From: Dicyema japonicum | Lineage: Eukaryota; Animalia; Dicyemida | Assembly (NCBI GenBank): GCA_011109175.1 | Contig: RDEW01000035.1 | Span: forward strand, 572,902 to 636,901 | Direction: 5' to 3' | Length of the DNA: 64,000 nt | Shown: positions 51,041 through 64,000 of the stretch, in pieces | How positions within the stretch are numbered: position 1 is the stretch's first letter | Layout of the letters: every line of letters begins with the position of its first letter | Notes under the pieces: generated by a model | Database searches by the model: none | What the model was told of the DNA's origin: nothing | The model's input: the letters and a program-made list of their open reading frames with translations, nothing else | Program-made: the position numbers and the translations under genes

Positions 51041-52676
51041 AGGCCTTGTTTCGTCAATAGGAGTTGGAATAAACCCAAATGCTAAGAATCTGCTTTGGTA
51101 ATTACGGTGTCTACTCATCACGAAGAAATTTATTTCACGCTTCTTAATTAAAGTAAAATAATTTCAAAGACCAAGAGTAACCAAACTAACTAAGTCCTTG
51201 ATCCTGACTCGTTCCAGAACTTGTCTCCAGGTAACGACATTGTCACCAAGGAAAGAATAGTGAATCTTCTTGATGTCGGCCAGGCATTGGACGTCTCCTC
51301 AGTAAGGTGGATCCAATGACGCTATCAAAGGGAGGGAAAATAATTTTTGACATACTAGCCACATAGCACCACATGGAGCTACGCGGCCACTCTTAATAAT
51401 TTATGCTTGCCTTCTACAAAGTGTTAGTTATTGAATTTTTATTTAATTAAATAGCAATTTAATATATTTTTGTCACTGTCCGTACGTGGAACTCCACAAG
51501 AACCAATAAAAATTAGTTCTCTGGATAATTCAGATTTTCTCAGTTGAATGGTATAATTTTTACATTCCTCCAAGAACTAAGCCGTCATTGGGTCAGCGGC
51601 TCTTGATGACTTTGATTTTATAAAAAAATATTTTTAAACAAAGTATTATTCAATATTACAACATACTTATAATCATATTTTGTAATTTTTTGTCAAGACC
51701 AAGTACTCAATGCTGTCGCTCCAGTCGACACTAGCTTTGGGTTCCATTCCCAAATTACTACCTACCTGTTCGAAATGTTCCATTCTGCTCTATGGCTTTT
51801 TTAATCCTGAGAGACGTCAGTTGTTCTGCCTGCCTTAGAAGACTCTCATCCAAAAAGAATATCTTGCATCATTACTCCGCTCGAAGGTTACAACAATGGT
51901 CGATATGGCTGGACGTGATGCTTGGGCAGGATGCGTTCAATCTGACCGTGAGACTGAATATAACCTATCAGATAAGATAAATTGAATCATTGACTATCAT
52001 CGTACATATGGTCCTTAAGTTTTTTTCAGTTTTTTGGAATAGATTCAAACATGGATCCTACGTGTATCCAATACAATCTTTATTCAGAATTACAAGTTTC
52101 CGATGTCACCTGAGTCCGTCGCCTCGTCAATGTCTAACCCACAGCGTAGTGCTAGAAACATGACATCCATACCTCTGAATACAGTAAAGTAGTTTTCTAT
52201 GGAGACATTCGACGTGTTTGGGTCCATTCTCAAAATGTGGCCAAAAATTCCAATGTGCCTCTGTGACTAACATGCTAATGAAACTCGTGAAGCATCTCTC
52301 GTACTACGTTTCATTCTTTATTCGCTTTTATTATTTCAGTCCTAGGAGAGACCAAGGCTGTTTTCTATTGAATGAATTAAGCCCCTTCTTATCGAGCTTT
52401 AAGTTTCCCCATTTGCCCTAATTAGAATCGACTTCACAAAGGCGTCATGCGGTCTGAAACGAAGGGAGAGGTAAACAGGACTTCTCCTTATCCATTCGTT
52501 GGCTAATTTTCGTGCTTCTATGAACTTCAAAAATTTACTTGAATGAAGACGAAGACTAGGTTTTTCGACGCTTAAGACAAACTGGTGGACAATATAACCG
52601 AGAATTCTAGCGATGGTAGTATTTGTAGTATTTTTAAGTAAACAGCTTTTTAAAAACCGCCAAAATAGAATCAAAT

Positions 52677-54311
52677 TCATAAAACAACAAAAATTAGTAA
52701 AATATTAAATGACATTTTCAACTTTGGGCTTTCTTCCTCATCCTTCTGGACTGCCCAGCTTTGTTCAGTTCCTTGTCCAAAAATAGTAAACACAGTAAAT
52801 CCAAATGCTTGCAAAATGACGAGTATTCCGAACACCAATTGCCACTGGTAGGGTTTGTGCTAAAATTTAGGAGATCCACTCACCTCATCTGTCACGATGG
52901 AATAAGCAATTTGTATGCTTGCAAGGGCTGTGAGGGTAGCAATCGTATTCATAACTCCGAAAACGATCCCGAATATTGTGGGCAGATGTCCCCAACGTTA
53001 GGCATGCTAACTGCGACCTCAAATCCGGCGAAGAAGCAAGCGATGAAAAATAGCACGATTCCCCAATATATTTTTCTGGGGGAATCAACGTCGCAAATAT
53101 GAAGAACAATCCCGTGGGGAACAACGCTAAAGTTAACCAAGTCAATACAAATATATTCAGAAATTTCCTTATATTTATTTTAGGGAATATATTTTTTGCC
53201 AATATAAAGTCAAATATGTAGCAGGAGACGATTCCACCAATCCACACTATGATCGGGCGAGGAACGAAAAATATTTTTGCTACAAATATTTGTCTCCCAA
53301 ATACATCTTTAACTTCAATGTAGTACAAATCAGCGATTATTGAGGGCATCAGCGCTATAATGTAGTTCAAGCTTAAGCGGCAACTGAATGGCAAATAATT
53401 ATGCTGATTACTGGTTTTGAAGAAAAGGAGGCTTTTACGGGAAAATTCTGAAAATAATTCGCAAACTTAAACCCTCAAGTTGGTGACTGGCTTCCTTCTA
53501 ATATTCTCACCAATGAACTTCTTTTCCTTATCGCTCATCCACTTATTGTTCTGTGCATTGTCGGTATAGAAAACTAGCCAGCAAATAGCCCACAATAACC
53601 CAAAACCCCTGAAATTCATTACACCAGCCTCTACCTAATATATAAACGATAAAGGCCAGTTATGGGGTTGCTCGCGATTGTTGATGGTACGCTCATTGCT
53701 AATATCGTTCCAAGATAAGTCCCTTGAATGCAGGAATTTTAGTTTACCTGGAAAGATCAGTCCTATTGCTCTGGACCGACAATTTTCGGGGTACCAATTG
53801 ACCATTATGAGGAGGAAACAAGCTGGAAAGATCCCCTTCGAATACGTAAATGAAAAAACCTGACAGAGTCCAAATACTACGCGAATTGTTATAGCAAGGT
53901 ACGGGGACTTGGCAATTGCTACTGGGGTTGCGATACAAAGAAGAGAAGATAAAACTCCAGAGATTGCCATGAGTCTTTTAGAACCATATTTTTCTGCCAA
54001 AGCTCCCCCAGGGATCTGTAGTACCCAATATCCGGCATAAAATGACATCAGTGCACTCGACTTCTGCATCTGAGTCCAGGAAAATTTCTATTTTTAATTT
54101 CACGGTTAAATTTACGTTTTCAGCAGGCCCAGTTATGCTTACAACTTGAGCGATGATTACGTTGAAATTGGCCCTCTGGGCATAAACGAATACCCAGCTT
54201 GAAAAAATGAGCAATCCAACTATAATTCTTCCTTTCATCATATTCCAGTCAAAGATCTTAAGTTTGTCAAACATCGAAGATCTCTCTATTTTTAAGTCTT
54301 AAATTTACCAT
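52677..54311 (-). CDS. SLC17-family (sialin/vesicular anion) MFS transporter
   Basis: YAQRANFNV, SFYAGYWVLQIPGGALAEKYGSKR, WYPENCRSRAIG, DICPQYSG and EQSWA; micro-introns. Both ends are approximate. Confidence 0.88.
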
Positions 54312-55259
54312 CTTTTATTTCCAGATTTTCACGCGACTGCTCGTTTTCCATTAGAATTTGTATTTTTTGTATTTTCTGCGAATATTTATAGTAATTTTAA
54401 TGTGATAATATTATCATTAAGGAATTGTGTTTTTCACATTATAATTGACCACTAAACTTTTATAAAAAAACAATTTAAGTGTAGTTTACTATCAAGAGAA
54501 GAGAACCCAAGAAGGACTTTGGTTGAGACAGAGACTCGAAATGGCAGTAATCAGAGGAACACTCACACAATCCTTGCCTTTTAGCTAAAGGACTTATAAG
54601 TTATATCTTTGTACGATAAAGACAAGTGGGAGTACGATAAATGCGAAGACAATATAGAGATGTCAATCACTCAACTGTATGATTGATTGACTCTTAACTA
54701 TAATCATAACTATCGATCCTCATTGACATAATTGAGGAAGTCTCTCAAGTTAGTAACTGAGATCAATCTTTCTGAGAAAAACAGAAATACCTTTCAGAAT
54801 ACCACATGCCCGTAAGAAACGTGTTTTTAACTAGATGACTCAATACATCATCAAATCTTCATTATGGTCTCACATCACCATTAAGAACTTCAGGAAGCTT
54901 GACATACAAGAAGTCCTTTCCAAGATGCTGCTAAATAGTCCTCCATTGTGACGTTTGTTGCATGCTTGGGTCCATCATTAAAATATGAACAGATTCTATT
55001 CTTAGAATAAAAGTCACGTGCTCTTAAAATTTATCATTTTTGTATAATAGATAAAAACCACAAATTGAATTTTAAGACAATTAAACAAAAGATTGACTGC
55101 TTGAAGTCACGTGGTAGAATGTTTACTATATTTTTGTACAAAAAATATTCATAATAATGGAACAGTGGTACTTCTCTGAAAGTCATTTAAAAAAACTCAC
55201 ATGCGCAGGATATGAATTTTATCAGCAATTATTATTTATTATTAAAAAGCACTCCCAAA

Positions 55260-55740
55260 AAACATAAATTAGTTAAGATTCCCTTGTGACGTATTCCTAA
55301 TCATCCTCTCCGTCAACCTCGACCATGATCCTCTGTTACGCGCTAGTTCTCGTAGGTATTCAGATCGTCTCATACCAACCGCCGGTAAGTCTTCGTTCAA
55401 GATAGTCGGAAGTGTCGTTCTTGGTCTTCCGTGAAATCCGGCTACTGTGTGAGCGAAGTAGTTGACCATTGCGAAATTTGAGGACCTGGTCATTTAGACG
55501 TCTTGATTAAAAATATCATCTGACAGCACGCCGTATTTGCATTTATTATAAAGGTTTGCGTCAGAGATCTTCATAGGCCAGTTAATCTTGATTACCGATT
55601 TGAGCTGAGCTCTGTGGAAAGAGTCAAGACGGTCCATTCCCGTTTAGAGATTCCCCGAATCCCAGAGTTGTAGGTTAGTACCGAGATGACAAAAGCTTTG
55701 TATACTCTAAACCTGGTGTTTAGTTCTATCCTCTTCTTGT
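55260..55740 (-). mobile_element. RTE-X-like LINE 3' fragment
   Basis: RFRVYKAF, YNSG and FHGRPRTTLPTILNEDL. Confidence 0.75.
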
Positions 55741-56334
55741 AGCTAGGTCGCATACCAGTTGGTGTTTCTTGTGAGGTTGTTTAAGTCATCTGCAATTGAA
55801 AGTTCTCAGAGTAAACGGAGAAGTCTGTAGAGAATACGAATCAGCATTTAAATTAACCACAATTTGTATATTTATACGATTATTATTATTTAGCTAAAAA
55901 TCACTAATTATGGGGGAGCTCAGTATGGACCCCAACTTTTCTCAGTGTTTTCTCCGGAACCGACGCATTCCCTGTAAGCCTGTTTAAGGGCGATTTTTCA
56001 CATTGGGCGAATGTGCCACCCGACTTTTTCACAATGTCCTGAAAGGGGGTTCCTTTGCATAACCATTAAGAGTGATAGATGGTTTGTCAGCTCTGGAATG
56101 AGTATAATTAATCTTCCCAACGTTTGATATGGTTAGTTTTGTTACCCAAGTGGAATAACCGATGGTTAAATTGTAATCAGGGGACATAGCCGTGAATTGA
56201 ATGATCACTTGAATTTGAGAGTAACATTTTAACAAAGTTCAATTTTCTTGCGCACACAATGATTATTATTATAGGCACGTACGCGATGCCAAGATCATGA
56301 CAAAGCATGTGCAACACGAAAAGTTAACAATTTA

Positions 56335-56720
56335 ATTAACGTCCCCCATCTTTTTCGATCCGTTGCCATGTTCCGTAGCGTATCCTGAGATCTTCATCTT
56401 GAATAACCGGCATTGTTGTCCTCGGCCGGCCGCGGAAACGAGAAGCTTCTAAGACAAAATAATCCTCCATTGTTATGTTGGCAGGGGTCCCCATATCGAG
56501 GCGGAGTATGTGTCCAAAGAGCCTCCATCTTGAATCAGTAATCTCACATGATATTGGCTCAGTTCCTGTTCTCTTGTATAAGATTTCAAACTCCTTCGAT
56601 ATTTTTGTCTCTTGGAGACATCCGCTTGATATCTTGTATTTTGAAAGGTCTTTACAAAGTTCTTTTCTTTTCCATGCACTAGAGAGTCCTTTGACATTGA
56701 ACGTTAAAAGAGAGAAGTCA
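56335..56720 (-). mobile_element. Internally deleted RTE-X-like LINE (APE start fused to 3' end)
   Basis: TFNVKGL..CLQETK is joined in one ORF to SRWRLFGHILRL..FRGRPRTT. Confidence 0.7.
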
Positions 56721-58149
56721 TTTAGGTTGCAATTTTCGTGTTTTTCAGACATACTTTTCAAGAGGGACGTCACCACCTCAACCAAAACAATGATTAGGCA
56801 TTCCAAAATAAAATTTGATAGAGTTTGAAGGTGGGTGCTTGTAGATAGGTCTTTCTTAAATCCACGTTGGAAGATTCGGCAAATATAAATGAATCCCATA
56901 AAGGACTATTTTTCTAAGATTTTGGGCAATGTGGATAACAGAGATATTGGTCTGTATTAAGAAGATCCTTCGGTTTCCTTGGTTTAAGTACTGAGAGGAT
57001 GTGGGCTACTTTCCACATTTTGGGGATTGTGTTGATTGATAAGTTGTAAATCTGCGTTAAAACTTTAGGACCATAACTTCCTGAGCACAATTAATGGTGC
57101 ACTATCTGGTCTCCAAGGTTTGTTTTTGAGTTTAATAGCATCTTCAAACTCTTCAGGAGACAAGAAAACAAATATGTAAGTATCGATTAATTATTTTTGT
57201 TTGAATTTCATAAAAATTAAGGTTTTAGTTACAACTTGTCTCTGTAGCGAGGCTATCATCTCCAATTGTTAGGATCTTTCAGTTTTCCAGATCATTCAGA
57301 GTCCGTTGAAGGTTTTTCCTTGTAGAAAGTTTTTTTTGAAATGTTTTCTTGTAAATCATATTCTTCGAATAGCACTAATTTTGAGCAAAATTCAAAAACT
57401 GATTTTATTTTGGAATTGGCCTATAGTTTTGTAACACCAAATAGTTCAAACTCGCTAGAGCCTTCATACCACCTACAATTTGAGCAAAAAAAGAAAATTA
57501 GAAAGGTCTCTTCGTGCTAGTTCTCGCCATAAAAGTATCACTACTTAGGTAAATTCTACTATCTGTGGGTTGAATAATGGATTCTCCATGAGCCGAGCGA
57601 ACAAATTTGATATTCTCAGTTAGACCTTTCAGTTTTTCAACATCCATACTAAGCAGTAACAGAGACGCCTCTCTATCTACCAAATTGGTGATTTCTCTCC
57701 CAGTTGCAAGTCCTCTCAGTGAACTCATATCATACGGAAACTGTCTTTTTCAAAATCATCCAATCGTTCGTTATTAAATATTGCAGATTAGTGAGAGAAA
57801 ATATATTACCGAGCTCACGTGCTCTGCTTGTGTAGCGTTGTCCACATGGCACACCCAAATATTACTGACATTACACTTCATTGGTTTAGAAACCTGAAAT
57901 TACAATTTGCATTGTTAAACAACTCTTTCTTGTTCTGTTACTGTACTACAGCCACTCGTTGGCGATCAATTGATTGAATTAAACCACGTGCTATAAGTTG
58001 AACTCATAAAGCTGAGCCTTCTTGTCTTCAATGTTTTCACTTTCTTCATTTATCAAATCTATTTGTTCTTGTTTCCACTCTGAGAGGAGAATAGGGAAAA
58101 TGACTTTCTAGAAGATTGAAAGTCTTTGGTCGTCTTGGGTTTCTTCCTC

Positions 58150-59230
58150 GCTCGTAGCCTAATCGGACTTGTTTTTCAAAAAATTAGCATTTGCATCTGT
58201 TCTTACCGCCATTTTAGTAACCTTGATTTTCTGTTTTTTTCGAAGCTCATGCAAAGTTTCACAGACATGGAGTGACCCTTACTCATATAGACCCGAATTC
58301 CCTCTATTGTGTACTGACTTCATGAAAAGTGTGGACGGTCTCTTTTTGAAAATGTTCGGTAATAGTCTCAGTTTTTTCTTTATTATCCAATATATTTCTT
58401 CCTTGACTGTCGTGAATACAAATATTCGTAGGTTGAACTCCCTTCTGCAAAAAGCGAACTACTCGAAACATTTGCGTTCCGTACCCCCAACTTCTCAATT
58501 TCACTGACACGTTCGTTACTTTCTTGACATAAATTTCCTTCATCCTCCTTCTAATCTCCTTGACGATTCGTTTTCTTTCTCTTGTTAATTCGTTGTAAGT
58601 ATCATTATTTGCACACGATTCCATTCTCAGCCTCAATTTTTTTTGTTTAATTGATATTCCAATTTCGTGATCGAAGATCCCTTTAAATCCTGCCAGCCTT
58701 TTTTCCCCAAGCACGTCGAAACTTGCCTTCTTTATTCCATCAACAGTAGCATTCCAAATCATCTCTGGGGATTTTCCATATTTATGTTCACAATCTCCTT
58801 CTTAATTGCCATACAATAATCCTCACGCTTCTTCTCACATAAGCATAATTTTTCCACAATGAATCGATCCGATAAGTTCTCTTTTTTCTAGCTCCATCTA
58901 TTCGGAAATATCTTTTCATTCTGAAACGTGCAACCAGCAGCTATGATCACTATAAGTGATGGTGCCTCCATAGCTGCGAGAGTCTGTTAGTAAAGCACGA
59001 AGAGATCTTTTAGATATAACATAATCAATCTGGTTGTATATCCGGACATAGTCACCATTTCCATCCTTTCTGAGTCCAGTCCACGTAGTCTTGTGCCTCG
59101 CATTGTGGTCGAATGCAGAATTATAAATGAAGTAGTCAAACAAGTTACAAAATTGCACGAGCGATTCTCCTGACATATTCCTCCTCCCCCTGGCATGCCT
59201 ACCCATACAGGGTTCTCTCCATAGAAAGTG
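58150..59230 (-). mobile_element. RTE-X-like LINE APE/linker fragment
   Basis: GRHARGRRN..HKTTWTG..YNQIDYVI..RSYGGT..SDH. Confidence 0.85.
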
Positions 59231-59259
59231 TCATACTTTAACATTCCAATCTCCACGAC

Positions 59260-60870
59260 ATGGCTTTAATACAAGAGACGAAACTGCCTGAGAACAGTCC
59301 TACCCCGATGTTCCCTGGATACGAGTCAGTACGGACTGACCGAAAGAGGAAGCGGGTGGTGGCCTCCTCATTTTATATCGGAAAGACCTTAAATGTGAGG
59401 ACATCATTTCAGTTGTGAAGAATATCTTGGGAGACGACGATGTTACTGAAGTCAATGCAGTCTACTTGAAACAACAAATGGAAAAATTACCTTTTGTGAA
59501 CGTCTATGTACCCCACTGGTTCTTGCCCGAAGCACTACAATATGCCAATTTATCTACCTTGGCTTCTTTGAACGACGTGATCATTGGCGGGGATGTCAAC
59601 GCAAACACCCTCTGTGGCTGGCAAGACAACCGTCCGACTCAAAAGGAAAAGTACTACTTTCGCAGACAGGCCTTTCACGGTCATGAATGACCCGTCAAAA
59701 CATACGAGAACCCCTTCAGGGAGTCAGACATCACGCTTTGTTCTCCCGACCTGGCGGCAATATCGACTTGATCAGTCACTTACAACTCAAGAAGCGACCA
59801 TAATTTCATCCTTTTGGAGATCAAGAGAGAAACGTCAACTAGGATGAGATCCCCAGAACAATTCAACTACAAACGCGCAGATTGGAGACTTTACCGTACA
59901 CTCACTGACAATCTACTGCAGCACCTGGATGGTATTACTTCCATGGACAAAGTAGTCGCTTATGTAAACCGCACTATCTTGGACGCGAGATCACTATCTG
60001 TACCTAAACACCACCTAAATACACCAGGGGATATGGCAGGTCGACATTAACCAAGGAAAGAAACGAACTCAAAAGTCTGTCCGATTAACTTCTGAGGATA
60101 AATATAGACTCAAAACTTTGAACAATGAACAAAAAACAGTGAGGCAAAATCACAAATATCAAGATGGAAGCATGTGTTTTCCTCGTTGAATAGAAATAGA
60201 CCCACTACTGTAATTAAGAAGACCATCCGAGACGCTTCGAAAGGGGATGAAAGATCGTCCGATGTGGACCACAGCCAAAAGGACATAAACAACCTAATAA
60301 AATACTATGTGAAAATATCTCATAAAGACCATAAGAAGTTGGATGTACCCCCGAAACATCTCAGTAAACCAAAAAAGAACCGGAAACGATTCACTTCACT
60401 GAAAACGACGTGAGATATACATTGAAAGCCATTAAAAAACCTATTCTAACGGACCGGATAAGATCCCAATGACCTCTAAAGAATTGGGAGACTATAGAAT
60501 CGCTGCATTAACGAAGAAATTCAATCACTCCATTAACAAAAATTGTATTCAAGCATTATGGAAGCTGCCCACCTACGTCCAATTTTGAAACCCGGTAAAG
60601 TGAAGAAGGACCCAGCTACATACAGACCGGTCGCGTTATTGTGTTCGATGTCGAAATCCTGGAAAGGCTGGTTTTTGCGAAAATCAAATATTTCCTCCCT
60701 GATTTGTCATTTCAACATGTTTTAAAACGGAGAGTCTACTTCGACCCACTTATCTGCATTGACTAACTTTATACGATATGGTTTCTGCACAACCGGGACA
60801 CATGAAGACTGTACTTTGCTCCATAGACGTCCACAAGGCTTTCGACTCTGTGTCAAGGCAGATTCTTACT
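59260..60870 (+). mobile_element. Degenerate Jockey/I-like LINE (APE plus partial RT)
   Basis: NVYVP, IGGDVNA, FNYKRADW, GPDKIP, PILKPGK..YRPVALL and DVHKAFDSV. Confidence 0.8.
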
Positions 60871-60917
60871 TGGAAATCAATAAAATTAATTAAACATGAG
60901 CATATGCGTCTAATTAT

Positions 60918-61446
60918 TGGAATGGTGACGGAGGCTTGGAAATCAAAAGGCGAATTGCCATGGGACGAGACACCTTCCAGAGAATGAATACAATTTGGAA
61001 AAGCAAAGATATTTGCTCAAGGACTAATTGCAGACTGGTTAATGCAGTCGTGTTCCCGGTTTTTCTATACGGCGCAGAATCATGGATACTGAAAAAGGCG
61101 GGTAGACGAAAAATTGATGCTTTTGAGCTGTGGTGGTGGACGAGGTTACTAAGAATACCTTGGACTTCCAAAATAACAAACATCGATGTACTCAAACGGG
61201 TGGAGACGGACAATTCGCTAGAAGGAAAAATCGTAAAATACAGATTGGAGTTCTTTAGACATGTTGTCCGCTCTAATTCACAGGAATGAATCATTATACT
61301 GAGCAACATTACTGGGAAGAGAAGACCTGGCCGACCGAGGATTCGGTGGCTATCCACGGTGGAAGACATCACGGGAATGCCTATATCAAGGCTACTCCAA
61401 ATTGCAACGGATCGGGGAGAATGGAGGAAACTCGTTCATGAGATCT
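60918..61446 (+). mobile_element. RTE (BovB-like) 3' fragment
   Basis: Highly similar to 17598-18125. Confidence 0.9.
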
Positions 61447-62249
61447 AACCATCCTGAAGTAGGAGAAGCTATTCGTTCGTCCCGCAACAATTACCAGGCA
61501 AACTAATAAGTAGTTGCTTGGCAAGGGAGGGAAAGTGTTGTTGGCTACAATTGTAGGCCGTTTTCTCAACGAGCTGGTGACCCACATGCAATCGATCGTG
61601 ATACGAATCCTTGGATACAACGAGTTTCTGAGTCGTCCTCCACCGAACATCGATGATAGTGAATCTTATTCACTTCGTTAAATTCATGTAAATCTGGTCT
61701 GCCTCCACTGTGGTCAACACATGGACTCAATTCATACCTATACAAGACCAGACAGGCAAAATCGTCACTTTACCCTTCATGTTCACTCGATGACCACAAG
61801 ATATATCATCCTTTTATGTGTACTGGTTTTCTTTCTGTCTCTCCGTCCCATGGAATCAATTTTCCCGATATCTTGTGGTCCGTCTATGGTAGTTACGTTC
61901 TTGTTAGTCTCTGGTTTCCTTTGCTTGAAGGGACCAGCTATAAACAAATAAATATTTAAACCATTAGCAACCTTCCTCGCCTGCATATTCGTCGGCCTCT
62001 TCAGGAAGGTTTGATTCTGATTGATGGAACAACTCCGACAGCATATTGTATAATCGAGCCCTCCGCCTTTATGTGGGCTCCAAGCTCTGCCTCCTGTAAT
62101 CCAATGTAAGACTCTTTAAGGTTCGCTTTAAAACACTAGACTGCATGTAGGCCTGGAGCTTCATATTAAAAATTTGAAATTTTACTATTATTTTTAATTT
62201 ATAATTTAGACAAACTTTAAATTTATTACAAATTGAAACAATCTTAGAT

Positions 62250-62450
62250 GCAACGTCATGAGTGATTTATCAACACGGGACCGGATTGTCTCAGGGACTC
62301 ACACACAAGCAAAAAAGAAAAGAACAAAAAATTAACAATCTCGATGTCTCGGATTATTTAGCATGACTGTTCTTACTAATTAAAAAAGTGTGAGTTCTGC
62401 TTATCTGAGGTGAGTAATGGCAACATAACTACTCCTCGACGGAAAAAACC
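62250..62450 (+). mobile_element. SINE related to family C
   Basis: CCGGATTGTCTCAGGGACTC; inverted match to 28390-28650. Confidence 0.6.
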
Positions 62451-62477
62451 TTTAGCCTTGGCCGAATAATCTGTATA

Positions 62478-63800
62478 CAGTAAACCCTTATTAATCCGAA
62501 CAAAAAAATTGGATGCCTTTCGGATTGTGACGGAAATAAATATACTACTTTCATTGTAATCAATATTTATGTGTTCATATATAATAATCTCAACATTTTC
62601 AGCATCAATGGTTCCCTCGTCGACATTATAATCATGAAAAAATGACGATTTCGTTCTCGTCGGATTTTCTGTTTGAGTTATTTCTTATTCTTCCAGTTCT
62701 TTTTGGAAGTCATTCAAAACAGGATCTTGCATGATACCTATTAGCAAATCAACCAGGACATTTAATTGCCCCTGTAGGATAAGATGGCCATCCGTAAATT
62801 CACAAAATTTTTTACAATAAGGGCTTCCATATAATCCGAAATAATAAAAAACTTTTTTCTTAAAATTTTAACTGATGAAACATTAAAAAGTTCTGTTGTT
62901 ATCCATACTACAATATTTTTCAAAATCGAAATCTTTTAAACATTTTGGACTTTACTGTGCCCAATAAAAAAAAGTTTAATTTTTATTGTTCCAGTTGTAT
63001 AAACACAAAGAGCAATAGTGATCCTTACTTTCGATTGCTTTATATCTTTTCTGTCTAGAAGGGAAAGATTGAAAACAGGATCCAGTTTCATCCACATTTA
63101 GCAATACTTCAAGGCTAACTGAAAACAGGATCCAGTTTCATCCACTTATGAATCATATCTTGTCTATTCAAGTAAATTTCATCTTGTGCTAAGCTGTTAG
63201 CTTCTCGTAGAATAACTTTTAGTTTGAGATTAAATCTTCCTTTAAAGACATTACTAAATTAAAGGTCATTGATTCCAAGCTTTCATCAAATACCTTAGCT
63301 TTTGAAATGATGATATCTTCAGTAGTGAAACCATTGATTGCATCCATCCTCGAAATCCATTCAACAAGTGAATTATCAAGTTGATGATGTTTACTACTGT
63401 CTTAACTTTTTAATCAGTTTTGCAATTTTTCACGGTTTTTAAGAATTTACGAAAGCGTCGAAATTACCAAATAAAGTTTCATTTTTATTTTACAAATATG
63501 GGATAATTCTCTGAGAGTCATTTTTTGATGTATTTTTCATTTCACTATTCTCTTTTCTATGGAATAGAAATTTCGACCCTCTTTCTAACCACGTTGCACT
63601 GTAAGATTTAAATGTAAAATGTATATTCATTTAAATGTAAAATATATATACAAAATAAATTAATCCGAAATTTTTAATAAATGTTTTTTCGGATTGCGGA
63701 TTATGAAGTTCCGGTTTATTGAAGCCTGTTTGTATGGATCTTCGTAAAATTCTGCTAACTCGTCAAAAAAATTCGGAATATTGAAGTTTTCGGATTATGT
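62478..63800 (-). mobile_element. Degenerate pogo/Tigger element
   Basis: TA|CAGTAAACCCTTATTAATCCG terminus; colinear with 30830-32240. Confidence 0.8.
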
Positions 63801-64000
63801 TTTTTCCTTTGATGTGTTTAAATATTTTTTCAAGAAATACTTTAAAGGATATCTGTCCTCGAAAAATCAGATAAGACTTTACCGATATCACAAAGTGGTC
63901 TTTTATGTTTAGCATTTGATTGCTTAGTCCTGAATTTCTTTAAAACTAACATATCTCCCCTTTTATTTTTCAAAGACAGGGGAACCTCCAAAACAACAAA

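Noticed and set aside
63070-63146. 26-bp direct duplication TGAAAACAGGATCCAGTTTCATCCAC
   Set aside because: A local duplication inside a dead Tigger copy, absent from the paralogue at ~31570; no evidence of function.

Overview
AT-rich eukaryotic nuclear DNA, almost certainly animal, read with the standard genetic code. It holds seven recognisable host genes broken by very small GT-AG introns (mostly 21-28 nt): an NHERF/EBP50-like PDZ protein, CCDC65/DRC2, SCLT1, KDM8/JMJD5, an IDE-like M16 peptidase, GTF2F1 and an SLC17 transporter. The space between genes is filled with decayed transposons: RTE/BovB-like, RTE-X-like, CR1-like, Jockey/I-like and CRE-like LINEs, tRNA-derived SINEs, and hAT/Buster and pogo/Tigger DNA transposons. 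Motile-cilia genes plus ~24-nt introns suggest a dicyemid-like mesozoan, but this is inference only. The standout feature is a CRISPR-looking 1.2-kb tandem array inside the PDZ gene. It resolves into 20 near-identical micro-introns alternating with symmetric phase-1 micro-exons of 33, 36 or 39 nt, i.e. a tandemly amplified, frame-preserving micro-exon cassette array. Other notable signals are CACGTG over-representation, X-box-like motifs right next to the two ciliary genes, and a core motif shared by different SINE/LINE families. Several gene frameshifts look like single-base assembly errors. Transposon boundaries are approximate, read by eye.
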